Positions 18,520 to 28,361 of a DNA stretch of 64,000 nucleotides are shown here, piece after piece. Made by a program: the position numbers and the translations under genes. Positions within the stretch are counted from its first letter, which is position 1, and each line of letters begins with the position of its first letter. Under the pieces are notes generated by a model, which worked only from the letters and a program-made list of their open reading frames with translations, did not search any database and was not told where the DNA came from. Source of the DNA: an uncultured bacterium (GTDB lineage: Bacteria > Krumholzibacteriota > Krumholzibacteriia > Krumholzibacteriales > Krumholzibacteriaceae); the NCBI GenBank assembly GCA_963786935.1, contig CAWBAN010000001.1:1-64000 (forward strand). Reading direction: 5' to 3'.

Positions 18520-19695
18520 ATGGCGGAACGCCGGTACGACATCGACTGGCTGCGGGTCTATGCGATGCTCGCGGTTTTCGTGTATCACTGCACGCGTTTC
18601 TTCGACAACGAAGGCTGGCATCTCAAGAACGCCGAGCAGAGCTTCGTGCTTTTCATTCTCATGCGCGGCTTCATGTGGCCGTGGCTCATGGAGATCTTTT
18701 TCCTGCTCTCCGGCGTGGGCGCATGGTATCTCCTGCGGAGACTGTCGGCAGGCGCGTTTGTCGTCGATCGCGCGAAGCGGCTCCTGATTCCGCTCTACAC
18801 GGTGGGGCTCTTCATTCTCATGCCGCCGCAGTATTATTTCGAGCAGATCACGAACGAGGGATATTCGGGCGGCTTCTGGCGGTCGCTGCCGGGCTACTTC
18901 GACGGCTTCGGCTGGCCGCGCCTTTCGGCTTGGCCCACGTCTCTGTTCCATATGCCCTTCGGCGGGCACCTGTGGTTCCTGAAGTTCCTCTTTCTCATCT
19001 CGCTCTTCGCGCTCCCGCTGCTCCTCTTCTTTAAATCGCCTCGCGGCCTGCGATGGATCGACGCCCTCGCGCGCCTCTGCGAGCGCCGGGGCGGCATCTT
19101 TGTATTCGCCGTTCCGCTCGCGCTCACGCTCGTCATCTTGAGACGTGTCTGGCCCGTCGACCGGGGATGGGCCGAGTTCGTCTGGTACGCGATCTATTTC
19201 GTGATCGGCTACATCATTCCCGCCGACTCTCGCTTCACCGGGGCGTTCAGGAGAGAGCGCTGGGTCGGCCTGCCCCTGTGGCTCGTCGGCTTCTTCGGCG
19301 GGATAGGGACGCTCGTGCTGGGCCTCGGGTACAATCCGGCGCCCGGGGCCGCGCCGTTTTCGCTTCAGTACGTGCTGTTTCAGGTCATCTGGGCCGTCGC
19401 GAGCTGGGGATCGGTGGTCTTCATCCTTGGTCTCGGCGCGCGCCATCTGAATTTCAACAACCGCGCGCTCGCCTACGGCAACGAGGCGGTGCTCCCGTTC
19501 TATGTGTTCCATCAGACGATCATCCTCATGGTCGGATACTTCGTCATCCGTTGGCCCATCGTCGCCCCGCTCAAGTTCGTCATCATCGCCGTGCTCTCGT
19601 TCGCCGCGATCATGGCGCTCTACGAGCTCTGCGTGCGGCGCTTCAACGTCATGCGCTTCCTCTTCGGGATGAGACCCCTCAAGAAGTCAGAATAG
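18520..19695 (+). CDS. Acyltransferase-3 family (MdoC/OpgC-like) membrane protein
   Basis: RRYDIDWLR, FFLLSG, RAKRLLIP, HLWFL, YVFHQ. Confidence 0.88.
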   Translation: MAERRYDIDWLRVYAMLAVFVYHCTRFFDNEGWHLKNAEQSFVLFILMRGFMWPWLMEIFFLLSGVGAWYLLRRLSAGAFVVDRAKRLLIPLYTVGLFILMPPQYYFEQITNEGYSGGFWRSLPGYFDGFGWPRLSAWPTSLFHMPFGGHLWFLKFLFLISLFALPLLLFFKSPRGLRWIDALARLCERRGGIFVFAVPLALTLVILRRVWPVDRGWAEFVWYAIYFVIGYIIPADSRFTGAFRRERWVGLPLWLVGFFGGIGTLVLGLGYNPAPGAAPFSLQYVLFQVIWAVASWGSVVFILGLGARHLNFNNRALAYGNEAVLPFYVFHQTIILMVGYFVIRWPIVAPLKFVIIAVLSFAAIMALYELCVRRFNVMRFLFGMRPLKKSE

Positions 19696-19698
19696 CGC

Positions 19699-19730
19699 TT
19701 GACAAGAGTATAACTATCGTTATACTTCAC
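19699..19730 (+). promoter_or_regulatory. sigma-70 promoter with operator palindrome
   Basis: TTGACA-16bp-TATACT; AGTATAAC-TATC-GTTATACT. Confidence 0.7.
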
Positions 19731-19733
19731 TCC

Positions 19734-19976
19734 GTGAAGACAGCCATTTCGATGCCGGATTCTCTCTTCGATGCGGCTGAGAGGCTCGCCAAAAGGCTCG
19801 GCGTTTCCCGAAGCGAGCTCTACCAGAGGGCCATGCGTTCATTCCTGCAGGATAATAAGCAGGAAGGGATTACCGAATCCCTCAATCTCTTGTACGAGAA
19901 GCAGGATGACAGGGTAGGTCTCGATCCCGTCCTCGAGCATCTTCAGGGAGCCTCGATCGCCCGGGAGGAGTGGTAG
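19734..19976 (+). CDS. Ribbon-helix-helix antitoxin
   Basis: GTG start; KTAISMPDSLF..AERLAKRLGVSRSELY; overlaps the toxin start. Confidence 0.85.
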   Translation: MKTAISMPDSLFDAAERLAKRLGVSRSELYQRAMRSFLQDNKQEGITESLNLLYEKQDDRVGLDPVLEHLQGASIAREEW

Positions 19977-20314
19977 TGCTTCGCGGCGAGATCTGGTGGG
20001 CGAGCCTGCCGGTTCTTCGCGGACCGGAGCCGGGGTATCGCCGCCCGGTGGTCATCGTGCAATCCGACGCGTTCAATCGAAGCGAAATATCGACGATCGT
20101 CGTGGCCGCGATTTCGTCGAATCTGCGTTTGGCCGAGGCGCCGGGCAATATCTTTCTGAAGCGACGCGACGGCAAATTGCCCAAAGACTCGGTAATCAAT
20201 GTCTCCCAGCTGCTCACCCTCGATAAGAAGTGCCTGGTCGAGAAAGTGGGGCAGCTTCCAAACAAGCATCTGCTTGAACTGGATGAAGGACTGAAGTTGG
20301 CTCTTTCGATTTGA
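19970..20314 (+). CDS. PemK/MazF-family toxin
   Basis: RGEIWWA, EPGYRRPVVIVQSD.FN, DSVINVSQLLTLDK. Confidence 0.92.
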   Translation: MVVLRGEIWWASLPVLRGPEPGYRRPVVIVQSDAFNRSEISTIVVAAISSNLRLAEAPGNIFLKRRDGKLPKDSVINVSQLLTLDKKCLVEKVGQLPNKHLLELDEGLKLALSI

Positions 20315-20332
20315 TGCGGCGGAGGAGGAAGC

Positions 20333-21343
20333 ATGAAGGGCGAACATCGAAGCGATTCCGAGGTCATTTTCTACCAGACCGATGACGGCAAGAGCCGCCT
20401 GCAGGTGCGCTTCTCGGGCGAGACGGCATGGCTGTCGCTCAGCCAGCTTGCGGAGCTGTTCCAGCGCGATAAGTCCGTTATCTCGAAGCACATCAAGAAT
20501 GTTTTTCTGGAAAACGAATTGGACAGGAATCGAGTTGTTGCAAATTTTGCAACAACTGCGAGCGACGGGAAGACCTACCAGGTTGAATTCTACAATCTCG
20601 ACGTCATCATCTCCGTAGGCTACCGGGTCAAATCTCACCGGGGCACGCAATTCCGCATCTGGGCGACACAGAGGCTGCGCGACTACATCATCAAGGGCTT
20701 TGCGCTCGATGACGAACGGTTGAAGCAGGTCGGCGGCGGCGGGTACTTCGACGAGCTGCTGGCTCGCATTCGCGATATCCGGTCCTCGGAAAAGGTCTTC
20801 TGGCGCAAGATCTTGGATATCTATGCGACGAGCATTGACTACGATCCCCGGGCTGAGGTATCGCAGCTCTTCTTCGCCACGGTTCAGAACAAGATGCACT
20901 GGGCGGCGCACGGGCAAACCGCCGCCGAGATCATCCACGGCCGTGCTGATGCCTCGAAGCAGAACATGGGCATGACGAATTGGATCGGCCCGAAACCAAC
21001 CCGGGATGAAGCGGCGGTAGCCAAAAACTACCTGATGCCGGCCGAGCTCGATATCCTCAATCGAATCGTCACGGCCTACCTCGAGTATGCAGAGTTGCAG
21101 GCATTGAGCCGCAAACCGATGTACATGAAAGACTGGATCGTGAAACTGGATGACTATCTTCGCCTGAGCGACCGGGAGATTCTCGACCACCCCGGAACGG
21201 TGTCGCATGAGGACGCGATTCGCAAGGCGGAGCTCGAGTATGAGAAATACCGGCGGCGACAGCTTGCAGAGACGTCGCAAGTGGAGAAGGATTTTGAGAA
21301 CGCAGTGAAGAAAATGCCGAAGCCGAAGAAAGCTAAGCGGTGA
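20333..21343 (+). CDS. RhuM-family DNA-binding protein
   Basis: YNLDVIISVGYRVKS.RGTQFRIWAT, LLARIRDIRSSEK, VQNKMHWA. Confidence 0.9.
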   Translation: MKGEHRSDSEVIFYQTDDGKSRLQVRFSGETAWLSLSQLAELFQRDKSVISKHIKNVFLENELDRNRVVANFATTASDGKTYQVEFYNLDVIISVGYRVKSHRGTQFRIWATQRLRDYIIKGFALDDERLKQVGGGGYFDELLARIRDIRSSEKVFWRKILDIYATSIDYDPRAEVSQLFFATVQNKMHWAAHGQTAAEIIHGRADASKQNMGMTNWIGPKPTRDEAAVAKNYLMPAELDILNRIVTAYLEYAELQALSRKPMYMKDWIVKLDDYLRLSDREILDHPGTVSHEDAIRKAELEYEKYRRRQLAETSQVEKDFENAVKKMPKPKKAKR

Positions 21344-21414
21344 TGCAATCGAGTCGCGCACTCTCGCCGCGCCGTGTCTCAGCAGCGGAACCATTCTCGC
21401 AGTTCATTGTATAA

Positions 21415-22698
21415 TTGCGCATGATCTGGATCGCGCTTCTCATATGCCTGTTGCCGCTGCGCGCGAGCGCGCAGGAGAAGGCGCCGCCGCGCCAAGCGGC
21501 GGCTTCGCACGAGGCTGCCCCTTCGTCCGTCACCGTTCCGTTCATCCTCGATCACAACCGCATGCTCGTCGATATGGAGATCCAGCGCGCCGACGGCACG
21601 TGGCGCACGGCGCGCATCTGGATCGACACGGGGGAGCCGCGCTTCTCCATGAGCGAGGCGCTCGCCCGTGATCTGGGGATCGATCTCTCGGGGCTCGAGA
21701 GCAGCCCGCTCGTGCCGCCGCCTGCAAACGTGCGCCTCGGCGGCATGCCGCTCGATTTCTCGGGCGTCGAAACGCTCGTCGGCGGCGGCCCTGCATGGAT
21801 GTTCAACACGATGCACAACGACGGCCACATCTCCTCGAAGGTTCTCCAGCGCTATCAGGTCGTCTTCGATTACCCGGCGCGGCTTCTCACGATCGCGAAG
21901 CCGGGCACGCTCGCGCACCGCGGCGTGCGCGCCCCGGCGGCCGTCAATCCGGAGACGGGCATCGTGCAGATCGACGCCGTCATCGACGGCGACAGCCTGA
22001 GCTTCGCGCTCGACATGGGCGCCTCGTACAGCTTCGTGGACGCGGATGTGCTCGAGCGGATCATCAAGCGTCATCGGGATATGCCCCGAATGAAGGGTGC
22101 GGCCGGCTGCGCGAACATGTGGGGCTGGTGGCCTCCCGACGAGCAGTACGCCCCTGTCGCGCGCGTGAGCGAGATCGTGTGGGGCGGGGTGCGGCTCGCC
22201 GGCGTCGGCGTCGTCGGGGTCGAGGGCGTCCAGCCGGGCGGGCCGCCCCTCGGCGCGTGGTATTCGCAGAAAACAGCCCGGCCGGTGAAGGGTTTCCTCG
22301 GCCCGAACGCATTCAAGGGCTATCGCGTCGAGATCGACTACGCCGGGAGCGCCGCCTACTTCGAAAAGGGCCCAGCGGGAGGCAGCTCGGCGGCACCGGG
22401 AGGTCCGGCGGCGACGGACGATACGAACGACATGGACCTCGTCGGTCTCACGCTCCGTCCGGAGAATGACGGGAGCTACACCGTCATCGGGATCGTGAAG
22501 CATGGCGTGATTGCGACGGTCGAAGGGGTCGTGCCGGGGGACCGGCTGCTCCGAATCGGCGATCTCGAGGTCACGGGCGCCACGATGGGAACCGTCATCG
22601 ACGCGCTCCGCGGGAAGCCCGGCGACATCCGAACGCTGTTCCTCGATCGCGGCGGCGCGAAGATCAGCATCAAAGCGCCCGTCAAGCGTCTGCTCTAG
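21415..22698 (+). CDS. Secreted retropepsin-like protein with C-terminal PDZ domain
   Basis: IDTG and LDMGA motifs; PGDRLLRI..GKPG PDZ-like end. Confidence 0.75.
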   Translation: MRMIWIALLICLLPLRASAQEKAPPRQAAASHEAAPSSVTVPFILDHNRMLVDMEIQRADGTWRTARIWIDTGEPRFSMSEALARDLGIDLSGLESSPLVPPPANVRLGGMPLDFSGVETLVGGGPAWMFNTMHNDGHISSKVLQRYQVVFDYPARLLTIAKPGTLAHRGVRAPAAVNPETGIVQIDAVIDGDSLSFALDMGASYSFVDADVLERIIKRHRDMPRMKGAAGCANMWGWWPPDEQYAPVARVSEIVWGGVRLAGVGVVGVEGVQPGGPPLGAWYSQKTARPVKGFLGPNAFKGYRVEIDYAGSAAYFEKGPAGGSSAAPGGPAATDDTNDMDLVGLTLRPENDGSYTVIGIVKHGVIATVEGVVPGDRLLRIGDLEVTGATMGTVIDALRGKPGDIRTLFLDRGGAKISIKAPVKRLL

Positions 22699-22805
22699 CG
22701 GCTCCGCGGGGTCTGCGCGCCGAAGCCCCCCTTGAACTGAATAACATTTTATGGTACAATCAATTAGAGTAAACGCCCGCGCCGGACCGCGGGGAAGGGG
22801 TAATT

Positions 22806-23864
22806 ATGTTCGAAGACCGGCCGAATCGGGACATCATCGAGAGGGCGGAGAACCTCATCGTTCGCCTCCGCGAGGTCCAGTCGTGCCGGATCTACTCGGA
22901 CGAATCGGGCAACATCACCGAGGTCCACGTCGTCGCCGTCACCAGTCGCATGCCGAAGCTCATCGCCCGCGACGTCGAGACGTGCCTCAAGGCCTCGCTC
23001 AATCTCACGGTCGATTACCGCAAGATCGGCGTCGTCGTCATCGATCCCGAGAAGAACACGATCGCCCGGGTGAAGCCCGAAGCCCCCGTCGGCGGGAGGA
23101 GAATGGGCGACAACGTCGCCGACGCCGCGGCCGATCACGGCTTCGTGCACGACATGGACGACCCCGGCTTCGGCCACGACATCGACGGTCCGGGGCATTT
23201 GATCGCCGACGAAGACCTGCCGATCATCGATCTCGAGGAGCTCGTCGACGCGAAATTCGACGAGCCTTCCGTGCAGCACGGCGCCCTCATCGAGCCGCCG
23301 CCGCCCGAGATCGCGCTCCACGTGGACGAGCCGCGCGAGACGCCGCAGGGCGCCCCGCGCGAAACGGCGCGGCACGCCCCGCGCGAGACGGCAGTCGACC
23401 CGGGCGGCGCGCCGTTCGTCCCCGAGCCGCCCGCCGCATCTTCCGAGCCCCCGTCGCGGATCGAGTTCAAGGGGCTCCGCGTCACCATCGAGGAAACGAG
23501 GGTCGACGTCGAGGTCCGGCTCTCCAAGGGGCCCCTCGTCGTGACCGGATCGCAGGGGGATTTCCGGTTCAACGGGAAGCTCGCCGAGGCGATCGCCGGC
23601 GCCACGCTCCACGCGATCTCGGAACTGCTTGACGAGGATATCCATCTATGTTTAGCTGGCAGTGAAGAGGTGGTTTTGGGCGGCCGCGACGCGCTCTGCG
23701 TCGTGGTGAACGCGATCCGGGAGCGATCGGTCACGAGCTACATCGGATGCGCGCTCATCGGCGCGGAACGCAACGAATGCGTGGTGCTGGCGGTTCTCGA
23801 CGCGCTGAACAGGCCGCTCGGCGAATGGAAGCTGCGCACGGAAATCCACTACACGATCCGATAG
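22806..23864 (+). CDS. Hypothetical protein upstream of HD-GYP gene
   Basis: EVHVVA..R.PK.IARDVE N-domain, acidic Pro-rich linker, AVLDALNR C-domain. Confidence 0.75.
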   Translation: MFEDRPNRDIIERAENLIVRLREVQSCRIYSDESGNITEVHVVAVTSRMPKLIARDVETCLKASLNLTVDYRKIGVVVIDPEKNTIARVKPEAPVGGRRMGDNVADAAADHGFVHDMDDPGFGHDIDGPGHLIADEDLPIIDLEELVDAKFDEPSVQHGALIEPPPPEIALHVDEPRETPQGAPRETARHAPRETAVDPGGAPFVPEPPAASSEPPSRIEFKGLRVTIEETRVDVEVRLSKGPLVVTGSQGDFRFNGKLAEAIAGATLHAISELLDEDIHLCLAGSEEVVLGGRDALCVVVNAIRERSVTSYIGCALIGAERNECVVLAVLDALNRPLGEWKLRTEIHYTIR

Positions 23865-23893
23865 CCCCCGCGACAGCTCATTTTGCGTATTTT

Positions 23894-23909
23894 TGGCATG
23901 GATTCTGCT
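23894..23909 (+). promoter_or_regulatory. sigma-54 (-24/-12) promoter candidate
   Basis: TGGCATGGATTCTGCT, GG-N10-GC spacing. Confidence 0.6.
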
Positions 23910-23989
23910 CAGGGAACTGTGCTTATCATAGTGCGAACCGGAGGGCCTCGCATCGTTGCCTCGCTGAACGGAAACCGGCCGGGTGAGCC

Positions 23990-25306
23990 TTGAACGAAGA
24001 AACGAATAAAACGACCTGGGGCTTCAAGCTCTACTACGTTCTCTTCGTGCTGGCCGGCGCGGCCTTCTTCGCTTACCTGATCCAGGATTTTCCCGCCAAT
24101 CACTGGCGCGACATCTTCCTCTTCGTCTGCCTCATCATCCTCGCCGATTCGGCGCAGATTTCGCTCCCGCGGGGGGGCGCGTCGATCTACGCGTCGTCGC
24201 CGATCGACCTCGCCGGGATCATGCTCTTCGGCCCCGCGGTCATGGCGACGATCGAGGGCATCGCGACGCTCATCACCGAGATCTTCCTCCAGCGCCGGCC
24301 GTTCATGAAGGTGATCTTCAACGTGCCGCTCCTCATGATGACCGTCGGCGTGTCGGGGCTCGTGTACAAGGCCTTCGGTCCCCTCGGCGCCATGGACTCG
24401 CCGCTCTTCCTCGTGCCGCTCGCGGCGGCCGGCGTCGTCTACTACATGTTCAACACGTGGGCGGTGAGCTTCGTGATCTCGCTCTCCGACGGGAGAAATC
24501 CACTCCACGTCTGGCGGCAGAACTACATGTGGAATTTCTTCCACATCCTCGCGTTCCTCCCGGTCGGCGCGATCATCGCGCTCCTCTACGCGAACTCGGG
24601 CGTCTGGACGATCGCCCTCTTCATCATTCCGCTGTTCCTTGCGCGCTACTCGTTCCAGCTCTACCTCGACATGCGCGAGGCGCACATCAACACGGTCGCG
24701 GCGCTCACCTCCGCGATCGACGCGTCGGACCCCTTCACGCACGGCCATTCGTTCAGGGTGTCCCGCTACGCGCTCCGCATCGGGCGCGCGCTGGGGATGT
24801 CGTCGCGCGACCTCGAGATGCTCGAGTACGCGGGGCTGCTCCACGACATCGGCAAGATCGCCGTCCAGAACGACATTCTCCTCAAGGTGGGCCCGCTCAC
24901 CGACGAGGAGTGGCGCTCGCTCAAATCCCATCCGAACGTCGGAGCCGACATCGTCGAGCAGCTCAAGTTCCTCAGGGAGGCCGCCGAGGTGATCCGGAGC
25001 CATCACGAGCGTCCCGACGGGAACGGTTATCCGCGCGGCCTCAAGGGGAGCGACGTGCCGCTCGCGGCCCGCATCCTCAACGTCGTCGACGCCTTCGACG
25101 CGATGACGTCGGACCGTCCCTACCGCAAGGCGCTTCCCATCGAGCGCGTGCTCACCGAGCTCGAGACCTACAAGGGAAAGCAGTTCGACGAGCAGGTGAC
25201 CGCCATCATTCTCGACCTCTACTGGAAGGGCGAGTTCCCGCTCATCGTCGAGGCGGACGCCACGACCGAGATCTACAACTCCCTCGTCGAGCACGTGCAG
25301 GTCTGA
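23990..25306 (+). CDS. Membrane-anchored HD-GYP cyclic-dinucleotide phosphodiesterase
   Basis: Multi-TM N-terminus; LLHDIGK, HHERPDGNGYPRGLKG, DAFDAMTSDRPYR. Confidence 0.92.
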   Translation: MNEETNKTTWGFKLYYVLFVLAGAAFFAYLIQDFPANHWRDIFLFVCLIILADSAQISLPRGGASIYASSPIDLAGIMLFGPAVMATIEGIATLITEIFLQRRPFMKVIFNVPLLMMTVGVSGLVYKAFGPLGAMDSPLFLVPLAAAGVVYYMFNTWAVSFVISLSDGRNPLHVWRQNYMWNFFHILAFLPVGAIIALLYANSGVWTIALFIIPLFLARYSFQLYLDMREAHINTVAALTSAIDASDPFTHGHSFRVSRYALRIGRALGMSSRDLEMLEYAGLLHDIGKIAVQNDILLKVGPLTDEEWRSLKSHPNVGADIVEQLKFLREAAEVIRSHHERPDGNGYPRGLKGSDVPLAARILNVVDAFDAMTSDRPYRKALPIERVLTELETYKGKQFDEQVTAIILDLYWKGEFPLIVEADATTEIYNSLVEHVQV

Positions 25307-25439
25307 GCCGCCGGCGCTCCCGGTGCCCCTCATTCGAATCGAAAAAGCCCGCCCGGCATAATCTCTTTCCCCCCGCCGTCGTTTTCGGTATATCAAACAT
25401 ATTTTAGACGGTTTAATGGGTTTCAATCGGGAGGATCGC

Positions 25440-26462
25440 ATGGCGGGTTCCAAATATCGTGAATCGGGCGTCGACATCGACGCATCGAACAGGGCGAAGA
25501 AGAAGATCGCCGCTCTCGCCCGCGGGACATGGGGGAAGGAAGTGCTCTCGGAGATCGGCAATTTCGGCGGCCTCTACGAGATGCCGCGCGGGTTCGAGAG
25601 CCCCGTCCTCGTCTCGAGCGTCGACGGCGTCGGGACGAAGCTCAAGGTGGCCTTCCTCGCGGGGAAACACGACACGGTCGGCGAGGATCTCGTGAACCAC
25701 TGCGTGGACGACATCCTCGTTCAGGGAGCCGAGCCGCTCTTCTTCCTCGACTATATCGCGAGCGGCGTCGTCGATCCCGAGGTCGTGGCCGCGGTCGTGA
25801 AGGGGATCGCGAAAGGCTGCGCGGAGAACGGCTGCGCCCTCATCGGCGGCGAGACCGCCGAGATGCCCGGATTCTACGGCGGGGGCGAGTACGACCTCGC
25901 CGGCTGTATCGTCGGCGTCGTCGACCGCGCCCGCGTCATCGACGGGCGCTCGATCGAGCCGGGGGACGCGATCTGGGCCTTCCCGTCGAGCGGGCTCCAC
26001 ACGAACGGCTATTCGCTCGCGCGCAAGATCGTCTTCGAGACGGCGAAACTCTCGATCGACGACGAGATCCCCGGCACGGGCGCGAGCGTCCGCGACGCCC
26101 TCCTCGCCGTGCACCGGAGCTACCTCCCCGAGATCCGCGATCTGCGGACGCGCGTCGAGATCAAGGGGCTCGCCCATATCACGGGGGGCGGCCTCCTCGA
26201 GAACATTCCCCGTATTCTGCCCGCCGGCGCGGCGGTCGAGATCGATTCCTCGAAGTGGGAAGTGCCGGCGCTCTTCAGATTCCTCGAGAAGCGCGGAGAG
26301 GTGGACCGCGCGGAGATGCACCGCGTGTTCAACATGGGAATCGGCATGATCGCCATCGTGCCCGCCGGCGCGGACAAGGCGGTCGCGCGCGGCTCCTATC
26401 GCTGGGATCCGTTTCCCGTCGGCCGGGTAGTCAAAGGGGACAGAAAGGTGCACATCGTATGA
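25440..26462 (+). CDS. purM: Phosphoribosylformylglycinamidine cyclo-ligase
   Basis: DGVGTK, GGETAEMPG, SSGLHTNGYSL, AHITGGG, FNMGIG. Confidence 0.97.
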   Translation: MAGSKYRESGVDIDASNRAKKKIAALARGTWGKEVLSEIGNFGGLYEMPRGFESPVLVSSVDGVGTKLKVAFLAGKHDTVGEDLVNHCVDDILVQGAEPLFFLDYIASGVVDPEVVAAVVKGIAKGCAENGCALIGGETAEMPGFYGGGEYDLAGCIVGVVDRARVIDGRSIEPGDAIWAFPSSGLHTNGYSLARKIVFETAKLSIDDEIPGTGASVRDALLAVHRSYLPEIRDLRTRVEIKGLAHITGGGLLENIPRILPAGAAVEIDSSKWEVPALFRFLEKRGEVDRAEMHRVFNMGIGMIAIVPAGADKAVARGSYRWDPFPVGRVVKGDRKVHIV

Positions 26463-26860
26463 GCGGAAATCTCTCGCCCGCGCTTGCCGAAGCGATCCTC
26501 GAGACGCTGCCGCTCGAGATGACCCTGATCGACGAGAACGACCGCATCGTCTGGTGGAACACGCGGCGCGAGCGCGTCTTCCCGCGCCCCGAAGAGATCC
26601 GCGGCCGCGACGTGCGCTCGTGCCACAACGCCGAGAGCAATCGCATGATCGACCGTCTGCTCCGCGAGATGAAGGCGGGGGAGCGGGAGACCGCGCGGTT
26701 CTGGTACAATCGGATCAAGGAAGGGCTCCTGCAGAAGCTCGTCGTCGATTACATCGCGATTCGCGACGCGGAGGGACGCTACCTCGGATGCATCGAGACG
26801 CTGCAGGACGTGGCGCCGTTTCGCTTCATCGAAGGGGAGAGGAGAAAACTCGATGACTAG
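26459..26860 (+). CDS. Stand-alone PAS-domain protein
   Basis: ILETLPLEMTLIDEND, IRGRDVRSCH, YLGCIE; ATGA coupling. Confidence 0.8.
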   Translation: MSGNLSPALAEAILETLPLEMTLIDENDRIVWWNTRRERVFPRPEEIRGRDVRSCHNAESNRMIDRLLREMKAGERETARFWYNRIKEGLLQKLVVDYIAIRDAEGRYLGCIETLQDVAPFRFIEGERRKLDD

Positions 26861-27341
26861 CATTCTTCCGAATCAGGCGATGAAGCTCGCGGCGAGCGTC
26901 GTCCTGTGCCTGCTCGCGGGGTTCATCGGATCGATCGCCACGACGCCGAAGATCCAGAGCTGGTACGCGGGTCTCGCGAAGCCGTCGTTCGCCCCGCCGA
27001 ACTGGCTCTTCGGCCCCGCGTGGACGACCCTCTACGTGCTGATGGGCATCGCGCTCTATCTCGTCTGGCGCAAGGGGCTCGCCGCGAAAGGGGTCAAGCT
27101 CGCGATCGCCGTCTTCCTCGCGCAGCTCGTTATCAATGCGCTCTGGTCGTTCGCGTTCTTCGGCGCGGAGTCGCCGCTCGCCGGACTCGTCGTCATCGCG
27201 ATACTCTGGATCATGATCGCCGTCACGATCGCCGTTTTCGCGCCCGTTTCACGCCCGGCCGCGCTCCTGCTCGTCCCGTACATCGCGTGGGTGAGCTTCG
27301 CGACCGTTCTGAACGCGGCGATCTACGCCCTGAACCGCTAG
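26853..27341 (+). CDS. tspO: TspO/MBR tryptophan-rich sensory protein
   Basis: WY..L.KP.F.PP.WLFGP.WT.LY, PYIAWVSFA..LN. Confidence 0.93.
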   Translation: MTSILPNQAMKLAASVVLCLLAGFIGSIATTPKIQSWYAGLAKPSFAPPNWLFGPAWTTLYVLMGIALYLVWRKGLAAKGVKLAIAVFLAQLVINALWSFAFFGAESPLAGLVVIAILWIMIAVTIAVFAPVSRPAALLLVPYIAWVSFATVLNAAIYALNR

Positions 27342-27392
27342 CAGCCGGCGCCGATCGCGCGCCGCGCCCGGCCCGCCGGATCGGAGGATCTG

Positions 27393-28361
27393 ATGGTCTC
27401 TCTCGCCAGACCGACGGTCGTCGTGAGCAAGTGCCTCGGCTTCGCGGCATGCCGCTACAACGGCCTCAGCATTTCATCGGACGTCGTGAAGGCCCTCGAG
27501 CCGCACGTCGATTTCATTCCCGTCTGCCCCGAGGTCGAGATCGGGCTCGGCATCCCGCGCGAACCGATCCGCGTCGCCTCGACCGCGGGGGGGCTCAAGC
27601 TGCTCCAGCCCACGACGGGCGCCGACGTGACGGACCGGATGACGGGCTTCGCCGCGTCGTTCCTCGATTCGCTCCCTCCCGTGGACGGCTTTCTTCTCAA
27701 GAGCCGCTCGCCGTCGTGCGGCGTGCGGGACGTGAAGGTGTTCCGCGGCGTCGAGAAGGAGGCGGCGATCGGCAAGGGCTCCGGATTCTTCGGCGCGGCG
27801 GTCGTCGAGCGGTTCCCCGGCCATCCGGTCGAGGACGAGGGGCGACTCCTCAACTTCCGCATCAGGGAGCATTTTCTCACGGGCCTCTGGGCGCTCGCGC
27901 GCTTCCGCGCGGCCCGCGCGCGGCTCGCGATGCGGGACCTCGTCGACTATCAGGCGCGCAACAAGCTGCTGCTCATGTCGTACAGCCAGAAGGAGATGCG
28001 GATTCTCGGGAAGCTCGTCGCGAATCCCGATAAGAAGGCGCCCGCCGCGGTCTTCGACGAGTACGAGGCGCACCTGCGCGCGGCGCTCGCGAAACCGCCG
28101 AGATACGTCTCCGATATCAACGTCCTCATGCACGCGCAGGGCTATTTCAAGGATGGGCTCACGGGCGCCGAAAAGTCGCACTTCAACGCGACACTCGAGA
28201 AGTACCGCGCGGGGAAGATTCCGCTGAGCGCGGCCGTCGCGATCGTCAACTCGTGGCTCGCGCGCTTCGGGAGCGATTACCTGAAGCAGCAGACCTACTT
28301 CGAGCCGTATCCCGGGGAGCTCGTCGAGATCACCGATTCGGGAAAGGGAAGAGACCTCTGA
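27393..28361 (+). CDS. DUF523 + DUF1722 (YbgA-like) protein
   Basis: SKCLG..CRYNG, CPEVEIGLG.PR, KSRSPSCG, EDEGRL, QTYFEPYP. Confidence 0.9.
   Translation: MVSLARPTVVVSKCLGFAACRYNGLSISSDVVKALEPHVDFIPVCPEVEIGLGIPREPIRVASTAGGLKLLQPTTGADVTDRMTGFAASFLDSLPPVDGFLLKSRSPSCGVRDVKVFRGVEKEAAIGKGSGFFGAAVVERFPGHPVEDEGRLLNFRIREHFLTGLWALARFRAARARLAMRDLVDYQARNKLLLMSYSQKEMRILGKLVANPDKKAPAAVFDEYEAHLRAALAKPPRYVSDINVLMHAQGYFKDGLTGAEKSHFNATLEKYRAGKIPLSAAVAIVNSWLARFGSDYLKQQTYFEPYPGELVEITDSGKGRDL

Noticed and set aside
549..22700. Integron cassette array or integrated element
   Set aside because: No attC-like repeated sites, integrase or transposase seen
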